A stretch of 64,000 bases of DNA from Phyllosticta citribraziliensis (lineage: Eukaryota): positions 558,001 through 622,000 of the forward strand of contig NW_027117344.1 in the NCBI RefSeq assembly GCF_038025025.1, given 5' to 3'. Position numbers and translations under genes: made by a program. This document shows, in pieces, positions 11,122 through 23,800 of this stretch. Within the stretch, counting starts at the first letter, position 1, and every line of letters begins with the position of its first letter. The notes below the pieces were generated by a model that saw nothing but the letters and a program-made list of their open reading frames with translations, had not been told where the DNA came from and ran no database searches.

Positions 11122-11573
11122 TTCTTGGGTACGGTAGTGCAGTTGGATTCTGTTTCCTTCTCTTCTTCTTTCTCTTCTGTTTCTTTGTCTCTTTGGAAAG
11201 ACTGGGGAGACTTGGTGTCTGTTGAGGGCCGGCCGGTCCTCGCTTGGTGATTTCTTTTGGCCAACGAAACGAACGCTCTTGGGTACGCGTAGCTTTATGA
11301 CTTTGTCCTCCTCTCGGTATTGGGATCAATTGGATTGGGAGTTTCTGCTTGAACCGCGGATTTCGTGTCGTGTGTGAATCACTGCCTGCCATGCGGTCGA
11401 CATGTCATACGAACGTATTTAAAATGCCATGAAGAGGTGATAATGCTCATATGTACTAGAAGTAAGAAGTAACCACTATCAACTGCCGGAACCGCTCGCT
11501 CCACCCGCTCAAAAATGCCTGGCAAGTGCCATGAAGCCCCTGAACCAACCCCCGGTCCTCACGTCCGCGATCA

Positions 11574-12442
11574 CTAGACGCAAGAGCCCTCGACCGAGCT
11601 CGTCGAGTTGGAGACGTACTGCGCCAGGTCATTGTCTGCGCACAGCACAGCCTTGACGAACGCCTTCGCGACGTGGTCGGCGCCCTCAGGGCTGGTATGT
11701 GTGTGGTCGTTGGGGAAGAAGGCGTCGACCTCATCCTTTCCGAGGCTCTCAAAGATGTTGGCGACGTACTGGCCGTGGTCGACATAAAAGGCGCCGTCGC
11801 CAATGTTTGTGGCGGCGGTTTCGGCGTAGCCAACGAAGCGAGTGCCGGTGTAGGCGAAGTCGCCCTCCTCCCACGGGTTGTTGGGCGTCTGCGACGACAC
11901 GATGACGGTGGCGCCCTTGTCGACGAAGGTCTTGCCGGCGTTGGTCACGTATGTGACGAACGTCTGCACCGTCAGGCCGTCGGGCGTCGTGCACGTCTCG
12001 TCGCCGTCGCCGGCGCAGTCGGTGCGCCCGTTGTCCGTCGTCGAGAGGGAGCCGCCGTCGTTGTGGCCGAACTCGATGACGACGATGTCGCCCGAGCTGA
12101 CTTGGTCCGCGATGTCGTCGAAGCGGCCTTCGTCGGTGTAGGAGCGCGCGGAGCGGCCGCCTCGCGCTTCGTTTTCTACCGTTGCGCCGCTGAGCGAGTA
12201 TTGGAGGTATTCGCCCCAGCCTGGGAGGAACTCTCGTGAGCTTGGAGGTGGAAGCAGGGAGGTGGGCGTGTTGGCTTACCTTGAGTTCCGGAACCGCCGC
12301 CGCCGGAAGCCATGGTCGAGTCGCCAGCAAGCCAGACCTTGGGAGAGGCCCGTTTGGCATGTTTTTGGTGTTGTTTGTTCGCAGGCAGGGCCGTGGTAGA
12401 CGCGGCCAGGGCCAGAACAGATGCTGAGATGCTGTACTTCAT
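11574..12442 (-). CDS. rgaeA: Secreted rhamnogalacturonan acetylesterase (CE12, SGNH hydrolase)
   Basis: Signal peptide followed by a KR site. SGNH blocks [23 protein letters not shown] and [10 protein letters not shown]. Intron at 12221-12279 joins TQG-WGEYL. TATATAA at 12609-12615 on the minus strand. Confidence 0.92.
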
Positions 12443-13646
12443 TTTGACGGTTTTCCTTAGGGAGAAGAAGGGTACGTAGAGATGTTAATTTGAAGAACTC
12501 GATCACCAGGACGAGGAAGAGAGAGAGAAAGGCAGTATTAAAAGGTTGCTATTCTTTCTTGGCTGCAAGAAGAGAAGAGTGGAATTTTGGGGGTACCTGA
12601 AGTAAATGTTTATATACGTCTGTGGCACATGGCATCCTTACCGTCGACCTGAGCAGGGGAAGGAGCTCGTGGCTCTGGAGTGGTTGTGTTACCAGATGCA
12701 GCAAAATGCTCCACGTACGCCGGGCGGCTTTGAAACGAGATCCACCTATGGAAGAGCCAGGATGCATGACAAGCACCTACCTTTATGGACCAAAGGCGTA
12801 GACAGGCGCTCAGCTAGCCGACGGCTTGCAGCACAAATGTGGCCGGCTCCTCTCTCCCTGCTCTTCTTCCATTGCTGGACGCCAGGCTCATATGTCCGGC
12901 AATATAGGCCCGTGAGAAGAGAGCATAGGCGAGCGACGCGCAAAAGTGGTGAGCAGTAGCGGAGGCCTTCCGCAGGCCCGACCACCTTACTTTTCGGGCA
13001 ACCTCCTCCTCAATTCGGACGGCGCTAGCAGGACGAGACTGCGAGATGGGATAAAATAAGGAACTTTGGAGACGGTCGCCAAGACGTGATTCGTCAACAC
13101 CCACCCAAGCGACATCTGCGCTCGGTACTCTTTTCAAAGGGCTTGAAGCTGAAACGGAGACGGAGTATTTTGGTGCGTGATCGTCGACCTCGAGGACACG
13201 CCACTTTTAGGCTGATAAAACGGGCAAAGAGATGGCCGGATTGATAGCATGTTGGAAATGGAAGCTGGAATACCTCGGAGCTGCAAACCTGTGCCCGACG
13301 TGCAGATGTGAAGGAGTGGGATGAAGACGAAGACCCAGGAGACGCAAAGCCAGGGGACTGGAATGGAGTGCCTGACCTCCATTGTAGATGGATCACCCGA
13401 TATCCGAGCATCTGGTACGACATGGAATCGAGGTACCGAGTACAAAACAGTTGAGCCTCGAGGTTGACGATCTCACCCACGCGCTTGCCAACAGCGCAGA
13501 GGAAGGAACGGAAGCAAGCCCAGGCCTGGTGGTGACCAAAACAGGACGGCGCCCGAGACAAGCCGACAAGCAGCCGCAAGCGAGATCTCGGCGGCTACTA
13601 AGCGAGGATGGAAGGAAAAGAATGGTGAGGAAGACGACAAAAGAGC

Positions 13647-13918
13647 AAAAAGAATACCTGGTTGATTCATCAGTCGATGACGCCTGTCCCAAACCCCCGA
13701 GCAAGTTATCCAGCACCGCCATCCAATGGTGAAGCCTAGTCTGCGGAATTGCTTCCCTCGACTGGTAGACTTCATTGCTTAAGCCCGCCTTCGTCACGAG
13801 TTACCTGCGCGAGTCGGTCGGGCACCACCGGATTCGAACTGGGCCTGCTCGAGAGCATTTGATAGGGAAAGATGCCACTGTTTCAATGCACCTTTCAGGA
13901 CTTGTGACCATTACAGCC
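13647..13918 (-). ncRNA. SCR1: Signal recognition particle RNA (fungal type)
   Basis: 5' GGCTGTAATGG fungal Alu-domain motif. 12-bp helix-5 segment CTCTCGAGCAGG/CTTGCTCGGGGG. Internal B-box GTTCGAATCC. GUAA tetraloop (helix 6). Helix 8 GTCGAGG-GAA-GCAA-TTC-CGCAGAC. TATATAAA ~25-30 nt upstream and a T5 terminator. About 270 nt. Confidence 0.9.
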
Positions 13919-14489
13919 AAGAATTTGAAAATTATTGCAATTTATATACTGCATATTTCTTTAGCACCCCACCCATGCAGCGCTTTGCTCGACACGTGGT
14001 GATCCCTTCAGGTTCCATCTCTACACGTGATACTCCATGTACCTGTCCAACTAATCCAAGGTACTTGGACACGACGCCATCAATCTCTTACCACTCAGTA
14101 AAAAGCCCTGCCTCGCAATCGCAAGAGCTACTTCATGTGCCTACTACAGGTCCTCGAAACTATAGTACAGTTCGTGTATCGCGAAAATCAACCAAATCCA
14201 TGCGCCATCCACAACCCATGCACAGGCCGCCTCTCCCACCATCAACCGCTTAGGGAAAGCGAGCCTGATAATACGCCGCTGCCAGTTGCAATCACCACAA
14301 TCGCGTCTCTGCATGCCGCCAAAGACCGTCGCCAGCGTCTTCCAAACCATCTGGTCGCTACCGATTGCCACTTGAAAATAATGCGCGGGGGGTCGTCTCT
14401 TTCTACCCTGTAACCTAAAAGTCGATAAAGTCCGGATATCAAGCAGAGGAAAGACGTTTCTCGTATGCACAGCTGGATTTCGTCCAATT

Positions 14490-16012
14490 CTATAGGAAAT
14501 ACTCGCCACGGGTGCCTCTTCCAGCCGGCACTGCCCGCCGGTTGTCAGGGACGGCGCTGAAGATGGTGAACCTAGGATTTAGGTCTTCGGCGAGGCTCAT
14601 GATTGACGCTACGTTGCCGCACCGGTAGCAGTAGTTGGGTGCTGACCACACCGTGACGACGTCTTTGTCTTTGAAATGGTACTGTGTCTGCGTTAGCCGC
14701 CGCCCACGTCATCTTGTCTTGTTGCTCTCACCTTGTAGCCTTCGTTGACCAGTTGGTGCGCCCTTGCAATCAACTGCAGGCCGTTTACGTGATTGAACTG
14801 CAGCAAACTGTCAGCAGACCCGTCGTAAAACATCTCCGACCAATGCTGACCTCTGATGACACTTTGTCGCCGAACAGCCATCCAGCACCTCTTGGCGAAA
14901 CTGCCCAGGTGTCGACGTCTTCTGGATCGCTCCATACGAGGTCGCAGAATGCTCCTTCGTGAGGAATCTCTTGTGCACGTGCAACGACCCGAATCTGATC
15001 CAACGTTCTGATTTCAGGACTCAATCCTCCATGCACGCACAAGACCTTGCCGTCGACGATGGCCGCGAGCGCTAGAAAATCGAAGACTTGGCAACATGCC
15101 TTCCACACAGACGCATTGCCGTACTTGGTCTGGCACTCCTCGTAGAATCCGTACACCTGGGTAATTTGCCGCGATTCGTGGTTGCCGCGGACCAGAGTGA
15201 CGCGGTCGGGATATCTGCCGTTGAGGTTAGGTTGAGAAGTGGTTGCCTTATCCCAACAGCACCGGCTACTTACTTGGCTTTCAGGCACATGAGCAGCGTG
15301 AACGTTTCCAAGCTGAAGTAGCCTCGATCCACAAAGTCCCCGAGGAAGATGTAGTTTTGCAGCCCATTGCCGCCAGAGCTTGAAACGTTCCGATTCACAC
15401 TGCCACTACCCGCATCCGATGACGCATCACCGAAGCTTCCTCTGTGGCTGGTGCTTCTACTTCGACCTCGGTGTTCCTCTTCGTCATCCTCAGCCGCGTC
15501 TTCCTCGATGTCTTCGTTGGGGCTTGATGGGCCAGTATAGTTGGCGTCTCTTTGAAACCTCCTCTTCATCTTCCGCTTCGCCTTGGGGTCGGTGATGGTG
15601 CTTGGTGGCTCAATATCAGCCGCGCTTATCGTCTTGGTCGGCACAGTTGGCGCTGCGGTCGCCGTGTCGTTGGGCATACCGCCCGCAACGCGAAAAAGCT
15701 CCAACAGGTCGTAGAACTGGCCGTGTATATCGCCGCACACTGTCACGGGCGTCCGAACGGGCTGGATGTTGGATTCTGTGGGGAAGCGAGCACTGGTTAG
15801 CGCACGGTCCGCAGAACCAGAGCTGCGCGTGAGTCGCAGTGGGGAAATGGCTAACCTTCCATCAAACACTCTTTGACAATCTCGCAGAGGCGCTTCATGT
15901 CGGCTTCGGGCAGATGCTTGCATTGCTTCGCGGCCTCCAACCACTCGTCGGGTCCAGCGCCGGGGCTGAGCCGGGCAGGGCCAGGCTGGGGGACATCGCT
16001 TTCCTTGGTCAT
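14490..16012 (-). CDS. SIT4: PP6-type Ser/Thr protein phosphatase catalytic subunit (Sit4/Ppe1)
   Basis: [54 protein letters not shown] and C-terminal YFL. Introns at 15776-15855, 15215-15273, 14798-14850 and 14682-14731. Confidence 0.93.
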
Positions 16013-16432
16013 GTTGCGAGTCGAGGTCGGGGTTGCGGAGGTGGGTAGTCGTGTATGGATATTCACGTAGGCGAACCGCGGCTGCGCAGACGCTTAGAAA
16101 TGGCTATCTGTCGTGTGACTGGGACGGCGGAGAATGATGCGAATGTCGAAACAGCAGTGTGGCGATTTGCGGGAATCATGCGTAGAGGGCAGCGGTCGGC
16201 ATGGCGGCGCGAGAGAGCAGACGATGAGGTGGTGCTGGGCGATCGGAGGGAGTGTTGTTGGTAGCACGTCTGGGCCCTGAAAGCGACGACAGTAGTGGGT
16301 GCCAGTGCCATCGGACGCTGCCGCGCCGCCGACGCCGCCGCCGGGGAACCTCTCGCCGCGGCAGGCGTCATAACTTGGACTCAACCCGATCCTAGCTCCT
16401 CCATCCCACAAATTCCAACCCCTCACCTCCCC

Positions 16433-18365
16433 ATGGCGCCGCCCGCAGCCCCCGCTGCTGCTGGTACTAATGGCGTCCTGCCTGTGCCGGCCACCGTCTT
16501 GCAAAAGACAAACAACAAGTCTTCAGACAACCCTGCCCGCGGCTCCTCCAACAGATCCAATGCCCCGCGTCTCAAGGTCGTTGTGCGCCGCCTGCCCCCT
16601 GGATTGACCCAGACCGAGTTCGAAGTGGCTCTGGGCGAAGAGTGGAAGCTCGGTGCCGGCAAGGTAGACTGGTTCAGCTACAAGCCTGGCAAGATCTCGA
16701 AAGAGTGCGGAGCTCCAATCCGCGCAATTTGTCTTGGGCAAAAATGCTGACGCGCTCCCAAACAGCCTGGCAAAGCCATCCAAACCTTCCCGCGCCTATC
16801 TTCACATCACAGATCAAGCCAGCCTAGCTATCTTGGCTGACAAGGTCCGTAAAACCGCATTCCACGACGCGAAGAATACGACCAAAGATCCTGCTCTGGT
16901 CGGACCGCCTTCTCTCGAATTTGCACCTTATACGCGCATTCCAGCGGGCAGACGTCGCAACGATGCCCGTCAGGGTCTCATCGACCAGGATCCCGAATTC
17001 AAAGACTTTTTGGAAAGCTTGACAAACCCCGTCACCAAGCCAACACCCACAGATGTTACCTCTGAGGGTCCAGATCACAAGGAGGATATCAAGACTACCC
17101 CGCTGATTGAGCATTTGAAGGAGAAGAAGGCCGCCAAGGAGAAACCGCAGACAAGCAAGAGTCAGGGAAAGAAGGCGGAATCGAAGGATGACAAGGCAGT
17201 CGCCAAAACCTCAGACAAGAAAGGCGGTCGCAAGGGCGGCAAGGAAGTTGTTACCAGTTCCGAAAAGCCGGCAAAGCAGAGCAAAACCGAAAAGGGGGCC
17301 AAGGAGGCCGCGCCAAAAGAGCCTGTCAAAATACTCAACAAGGACTCCAAGGCAGCTCCATCTCCGGCCCCTGCTTCTTCCTCGGACAATGCAAAGCCAT
17401 CTGGCGCTCCGCTCGCAGAGCGAAAGCGGGAGAGGGGAAACGCGAACTTGGTTAAGCAAATGTTGCAGCGGGACTTGGGCATTGGACCCGCAGCTGGTGG
17501 ACGCCGCTCCAAGCGCGAAGCCGGCCAGGAAGCAGCAAAGCCTTCTGAGACAGCTTCACCGGCCGAATCCGCAACCCCACCCGCAGCACCTTCGACTCCA
17601 GTCTCGGGGAAAAACAGTCCTGATACTCGTTCGCCAAAGAAGGATAGCCGTCCAACGCGCGCAGAACGTCGGGCTCAAAAGGCCGCCAAGTCAGGCACGG
17701 AAACGCCTGCCGAACAACCCAAGAATGGAACCTCGACGCCACCCGCTGGCCCCAAGATCCTCAAGAAGCCCGCCGCATCTTCTCAGCAACAGCAGAAGCC
17801 CGCGCCAGCTACATCGGCCCCTGCTCCGACGAATCAGGTCTCTGAAGGCGGCAACGCTTCAAGCAAGGCCACGACCAACTCTCAGCAGCAGCCAGCCACC
17901 CAAGGTCGCCAACAAAATTCCCGCAACTCCCCTACGTCTCCTGTTCCAGCTCCGACGTCCAAGCAGGCATTCCTCAAGCATGCGAATGCCTCCCAGGGAA
18001 TCACTGAACCGCTCATCGAGACGGCCCTTGGCGCCTATGGTACTGTCGTCCGCGTCGAAATCGACAAACGCAAAGGCTTCGCCTACGTCGACTTTGCTGA
18101 ACCGAGTGGCCTCCACAAAGCCGTCGCCGCTAGTCCTATCAAAATTGCTGAGGGTGCTGTCCAAGTCCTTGAACGCAAAGACAGACCACAACAGCGGGTA
18201 GCAGCCAAGGGCGGCGCTCCGGCCGCGCCTCCAACAGGCCCTGCACAAGGAAGCGGACGTTCCGGTGGGCTCAGGGGCGGAAGAGGTGGAAGGGGAAGAG
18301 GAAACGGTGCCAACGCTACCCCTGCCGCGAAGACTGCTGCTCCAGCGGCCGACACGCCATCGTAG
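16433..18365 (+). CDS. UPF3: Nonsense-mediated decay factor Upf3 (Smg4_UPF3 domain plus C-terminal RRM)
   Basis: KVVVRRLPPGLT, SRAYL, EFAPY and GLIDQDPEFKDFLESL motifs. Intron at 16705-16765. C-terminal RRM with KGFAYVDF. Confidence 0.88.
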
Positions 18366-20834
18366 AGCTCGCCAGAGTTGTGTTCAAGTGTGGAGGCAGT
18401 TTCCGAAAGCACTCGGTACGGGATTCAAAGGTCGACGCAGGCGATGACCAAGCAAGCCTTGCTTTGCGCTGTCAATGCTTGTTCAAGTCTACGCCCCGTC
18501 TCCGTTGTGCGGTTGCGGTCTCGCCGTCGGCTCCGAGCATCTCTTCAGCCTCCTCAAAGCAAAAGACAGCGTTGTTCTCGCAGCAAACAGGTTTATCGCT
18601 GGCCGGGCTGACAGACCATCCTACCATACACGGACCGTCAGCATCTTTTGCGCAGAAGCATTCACGCAGTGACAACTTTACCCCGCGAGCCACCCGAGTT
18701 TATTAAAACTAGTCAGCATGAAGTATGAGGCCTACGATCTGGCTTTTGGCCTGCGACGCTTAATTCGGACATGACCCACTTCTTGTAGCCAGTACATGAC
18801 AGACACATCATCGACGACGACGACGACGACGACGGAGATGGATGGCGTGCCTCGAGACAATAGGTTCTCTCTTGTCATGGAGAGATGAGATGAGATGGAT
18901 GCGGTGCGGTGCAAGCTTGTCGACGCTAAGTGGAGGCGAGATGTTGCTAGAAGCGGCCGACACTGGTTGCAGCATGAGCATGAGCAAGAGCAAGGTCTTT
19001 TCTATCTGGTTGCCCCGTCGTTCGTTGCTGCTGCCGGTCAACACGGACGGTGGCAGTGAAGAGCTTGTGCTGGGTACGACTGCGACAGTGATGAGTTAAT
19101 ATTGCTGCTGTTGGTACAAAGGCGTCTAGATAGCTTTATGGCCGGATCGGACGACTGTGGGCATGGCACGTAGGTATGTGGGTTGGGTTGGGTAGGAGAC
19201 GAGCGTGTGCTGCGGTAGGGCATTGCTGCTCAGCTCTGCCCTGCTCTGCTCTGAAAAGTCAACCTACCTACCTACCTACCTACCCACCTGCTTACCAGTC
19301 ACTCAGTCGGCCGCTCTTCGACTCGATACAATCAATCCACGCACTCGTTTACTCTCTTTCCTCTTCTGCGCTTTGATATATGTGCGCCTGTCCCCTGTTG
19401 CCCCCATCCCGTGCTGCTTGCGTGCGCAGTCGCAAAGCGCGGAAGGCACTTGCGCATCTTGCGCTGAAAGTCACTACGTACTTTGTCACATCTACCACAC
19501 CGTCCCTGCTGTTGTTCATCTGTGATGTTGTCCTGTCGCAAATCTTCTGTCGCCTGTCGTCTGTCGTCTCCCACACGTACGCGCCCGCCCGCGTGGGATG
19601 GCATGGCATGCCATGGGATGCGCATCCCACGCGGGCTGTTCATGCGCACGGTTGAGTTTCGTACATAGGCAGCCACCACGCGCGGGATGCGCGAGATGCG
19701 TGGGGTGCGTGGGGTGTGTGAGTGCATGGGTGCATGGGTGTTTGGGTGATCTGGTCTAGTCTCTTCGTTCTGTTTCTTGATGGTACGGGCACTGATGGCG
19801 CGTGGACGCAACGTGGGGATGCAACAGGGCCGTGGAGAGTGATTTTGGCAGGCAGGAAAGTACATAGGCAGCCAGGTACAGCGCGCCATGCCCACCACAA
19901 CCTTCTTTGACTAACGCCTCAAGAAGCACACCCTCCACACTCCAAAGTCCACCCCATCAGCCGACCCTGCCACAAGACCTTACAAGAAGAACTCCCTGGA
20001 GTAAGCCACAGACAGGCAGACGAAGCCAGACGACAGCAGCAGCAATATCAATATTACTACCACTGTTCCACTTCTTATAGCACGGCAATGCAATGCAATG
20101 GCAGAGTGGCAGAGGTAGAGAGAAAGGCAAAGCGCGGATGTAATGTATTGTAATGGAAGATAGGTACCGTACAGTATATATACTATGTATGTAGCAAGCG
20201 CGCGAGCAAGACAAAGAGAGAGAGGCAAGGGGGCGGGATGAAGTGGCGTATATTGTATTGTACTGGGTTGTGTTGCTCTTGCGCGCACCGGCGGCATGGG
20301 AAGTGGGAAGTGGCTTCGCAAAACGAGGCGTCCGCGTGTCGGAGCGAGTGTCGGAGTAAAGGGATGAATGATTACAAGCGGCGGGAGCGGGGAATGCGGG
20401 CGCGGTACATGAAGATGAGGAGATGAGGAAAGATAGATGCAAAAGGAGTCATGTTTCGAGATGCTCAGGAGGGCACTTTGGCTGAACCGAAGTACATCTC
20501 TCATGCATGAGCGAGCTTCGATGGAGGATGGGGGTGAAAAGTCAACTTGCTGATTTGAGCCACGGACAGCAGAAGAGAAGGAGAAGGATGCAGTGGCGAC
20601 AGCGACAGCGACAGCGACAGAGACAGAAGAAGAAACCCAAGGAACAAAAGCAAGCGGTTCGTGGTATCGAATGCGAGGAGAACAGAACAGCAAACAGAAC
20701 AAAAAAGACGGAGGCGATTAAATGGCCAGCAGAGAAGCAAATGAACAGTACCAAAAGAAAAAGAAGGAAAGAAAGGATGCAAGAGAACGAAAGAAGAAGT
20801 AAAACACCAGACATGCGCAGAATAGCGACACAGG

Positions 20835-23800
20835 CTAAATCATACCACTCTCACCTATCCCTCCCATATTTGCAACGCCCATCTGCAAGCTCTCGGGCGG
20901 CATGTTTGCGCGAATCTCTCGCGGATGCCGCATATACCCCTGTCCGCGCGCGTCCTTTCTGCTACCAGCATTGTCGCCGCTGCCAACGACGACCTCGACC
21001 CGCGACACCTCGCCCCTCTCGGGCGGAATGACTTGCTCCATGTGCGTCGGGCTGCCCATGCCCGGCGGCGGCGGCGGCGGCGGCGGCAGCTGCTCGACCG
21101 ATGCGTTCTTCGACTCGGACAGCGGCGAGCGCGCGTAGAGACCGGGATTGATGCCGTCGTTGTCTCGGACGCTGCCTCCGCCGCCGCCACTGCCGCCGCT
21201 GTGGTACGGCTTGAAGGCCGGAAAGGGGGGAAGCACGCTTTCGTAGGGCGAGGGCGTGAAGTTGGAGGGGTCGGGCTGCGGGGGGGATTTGGCGCGTTGG
21301 CGCGAGGTGGAGCGCATGCGTTCCGTCACGCCGCGGAGGCGCGAGCCGATGGACTCGGAGACGGAGCCGCGGCCGCGGCGGTGCAGTTGCGGCGAGCCGC
21401 GGGAGCTGCTGGGTGGGCTGGACGCGAACGGGTCGGCGTGGGGGAAGTCGTTTGGAGGAGCCATGGATGGCGTCGTGGTGCGAGAGATGTTGGTCTGGTT
21501 TGGGCTCTCGTCGATGGCGATGTGGATTGTGCCACTCCCGTTTCGTTCCTGGGGCGCGCCGAAAGGGCCAGGTGGCGGAGGGGGAGGGGGAGGTGTTGCG
21601 AGATGTTGCAGCTCGGCGAGCAGCGGCGGTTGGCTTTGGGGCTCTCCAACAACTATGATCTGATCGTTGGAGCCAAGAAGCGTCTCGTCGATACTAGCAG
21701 TGACTGGTGGAGGACTGATGCGCTTGTTGCTGTTGCCGCGGCCAGAGAGGGAGCCGTGTCTCTGGTGTCCAAACGCGTGCTCAGGGGGCGCTGAGACGGA
21801 ACGACGTAGGTCCTGAGAGCCGCCGTAGACCGTCGATGGCAGCAGTGGTGCAATCTCGTCTTGCATCTCGCCATGCACCCTCTTGCCACCGTCCACATTC
21901 ACCTCCACGACGTTCTCAGGAATCTCGGGAACGGCGGGAACTGGATCGCGCTCGTGAGGGTCAGCGCTCATGTATCTAGGATGACGCAGTGCACGCGGAG
22001 TTGCTGGAAGACCAATGGGGATTGACTTCGTGGAGATACCGGAAGTGCTCTTGAGAGGGTAGCGCATCATGTTGTCGGGGTCTACGGTTTGACTTCGCTG
22101 GATTGCCTTGTCGCTGTGCGAGGACAAGGGAGGGAGGTACGAGAGCGGCGAGTTACTCAAATCTGTAAGAGAGCGGCCCGACATCTGAGGCCTTGTCAGT
22201 TCCTGTGGGTGAGGAATGACGGGAGCAGAAGGTCGTCTGGCCAAGGACAGCCGACGCTCCTCCAGCTCTCGAGCAGCGCGCGCTTTCTGAGACAGCTTCT
22301 CCTGGCTGCTCACGCCCGAAAAGTCCGTCTGCAACCTAGGCATGCGTTGACGAGGGCCGCGTCTACTAGGAACCGAGTCTGGAGATTCTGGGCGGTCATC
22401 GGATTGGTTCTGGCTCAGCTTGCGGCTATGCGAGTATTCACGGGGCTGGAGTCGCTCTGGTGACCCCTGACGGGAGCCAGCCCGGCTTCCATGCGGTCGG
22501 CGACTTGAACTTCTTTGGCGCACCCTCAAAGGCGAAGTGAGTTCGGCAGCATCATCGCCGTCGCTGGTGTAGAATTTCGGGTCCGAAGTCATTGGGGCAG
22601 GCGAAGCCGGGGACTGCACGTTGGCAATGAAACTAGGCTCCTTCCCTTGGCTTGTCCTGCGGCCCTCGGGGGTCCTTTGGCGGCTAGGATTCCGACTGCC
22701 GGCGCGACTGGTCTTTCCGACGCGTGTCCTGCGATCAGAAGAGTCTGCTCTTCGGGACATTTTGGACGTGGATCTGACTTTTGAGCCTGCACGGAGACGG
22801 CTACGGCTGCGACTGCGAGGGGCTCTCGATTCAACAGGCGAAGTCACTTTGTAGTAACGCTCATCGTCGTACGTGTCATTCTCGTTGCTGCTGCTGTTGT
22901 ACAAAGCAGCATCTTCCGGTGACATTGGGACAGGCGAAGAGGGAGACCGCTTGGCAGGTCTGATGTAGCGGACGCCAGACCGACCACGAGTCTGAGAACG
23001 CTCGCGGGAACGCTCATTCCTGCTGGCGCGTCCACTGCGTTCGCCGCTAGCACCTCGAACCCTGCTCGCTTTGCGAACGTGGTAGTTGGCCTCTTCCAGG
23101 CTGCTAATGTACTGGTCGATGCTGCGAACCTTTGCGCTCTTGACACTGTTGCTTGTGAGGGGTGGGCTCAACTCGGCCCCACGGCTGGTTACATATCCAG
23201 ATTGTGAGGTGGTTGAGGAAGGTGCGCCATTATCCACGACTGTCTCCATGACATCCAGGAATAGTCCGTCGGGCTTCCTGTCTCTGGATCCGTTGCGTGA
23301 GCGCGACTCTTGCTTCAAATGTTCAAAAATACCGCGCGCAGGCGAAGGCAACGCAGCTTCTTTCCGTACGCTTTCATTTGGATCATACGCGACGGCACTG
23401 AGCAGTTGAGGTTCGGAATCCATCCTCTCCGACTTTTGACTTTCAACCTCGCTGGCCTCGTTTTCGCTGACAGACGGCAAACTCTCGGTTTCGAACTCCA
23501 TGTCGAACCTGGGCTCCTTCACGGCGCTGCGAGGAATTGGTGTTTCGTCATCAATGGTGACTATTGGTGTTGCATCGGCCATGTTGCCGCGCCCAAAGTC
23601 TTCTCTTGATGGTCCTCGCTGCCTCCTATATGCAGATGGTGTAGCCGTCCTCGCGGAGGATGGCTCTCTCATACCCCTGGTGCCTGGACGCAGCCATGGA
23701 TTGTTACCGCCGGTGGGAGATAGCGCGGACTGGGCAATTGGCGTCACGCCCATGGCTGTATGTTCATCAGCCGAGGGCATTAGAGAGCTCGAACTGCCAA

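Noticed and set aside
10201..11264. Long antisense ORFs opposite DNA2 (similar ones lie opposite the importin, WD40 and other genes)
   Set aside because: Shadow frames produced by high GC at third codon positions.
13388..13797. ORFs of 100-134 aa on both strands
   Set aside because: They overlap the SRP RNA gene and show no recognisable protein features.
18700..20830. ORFs between UPF3 and the WD40 gene (e.g. 19980-20702, 20507-21031)
   Set aside because: They derive from microsatellites and low-complexity sequence in convergent 3' regions.
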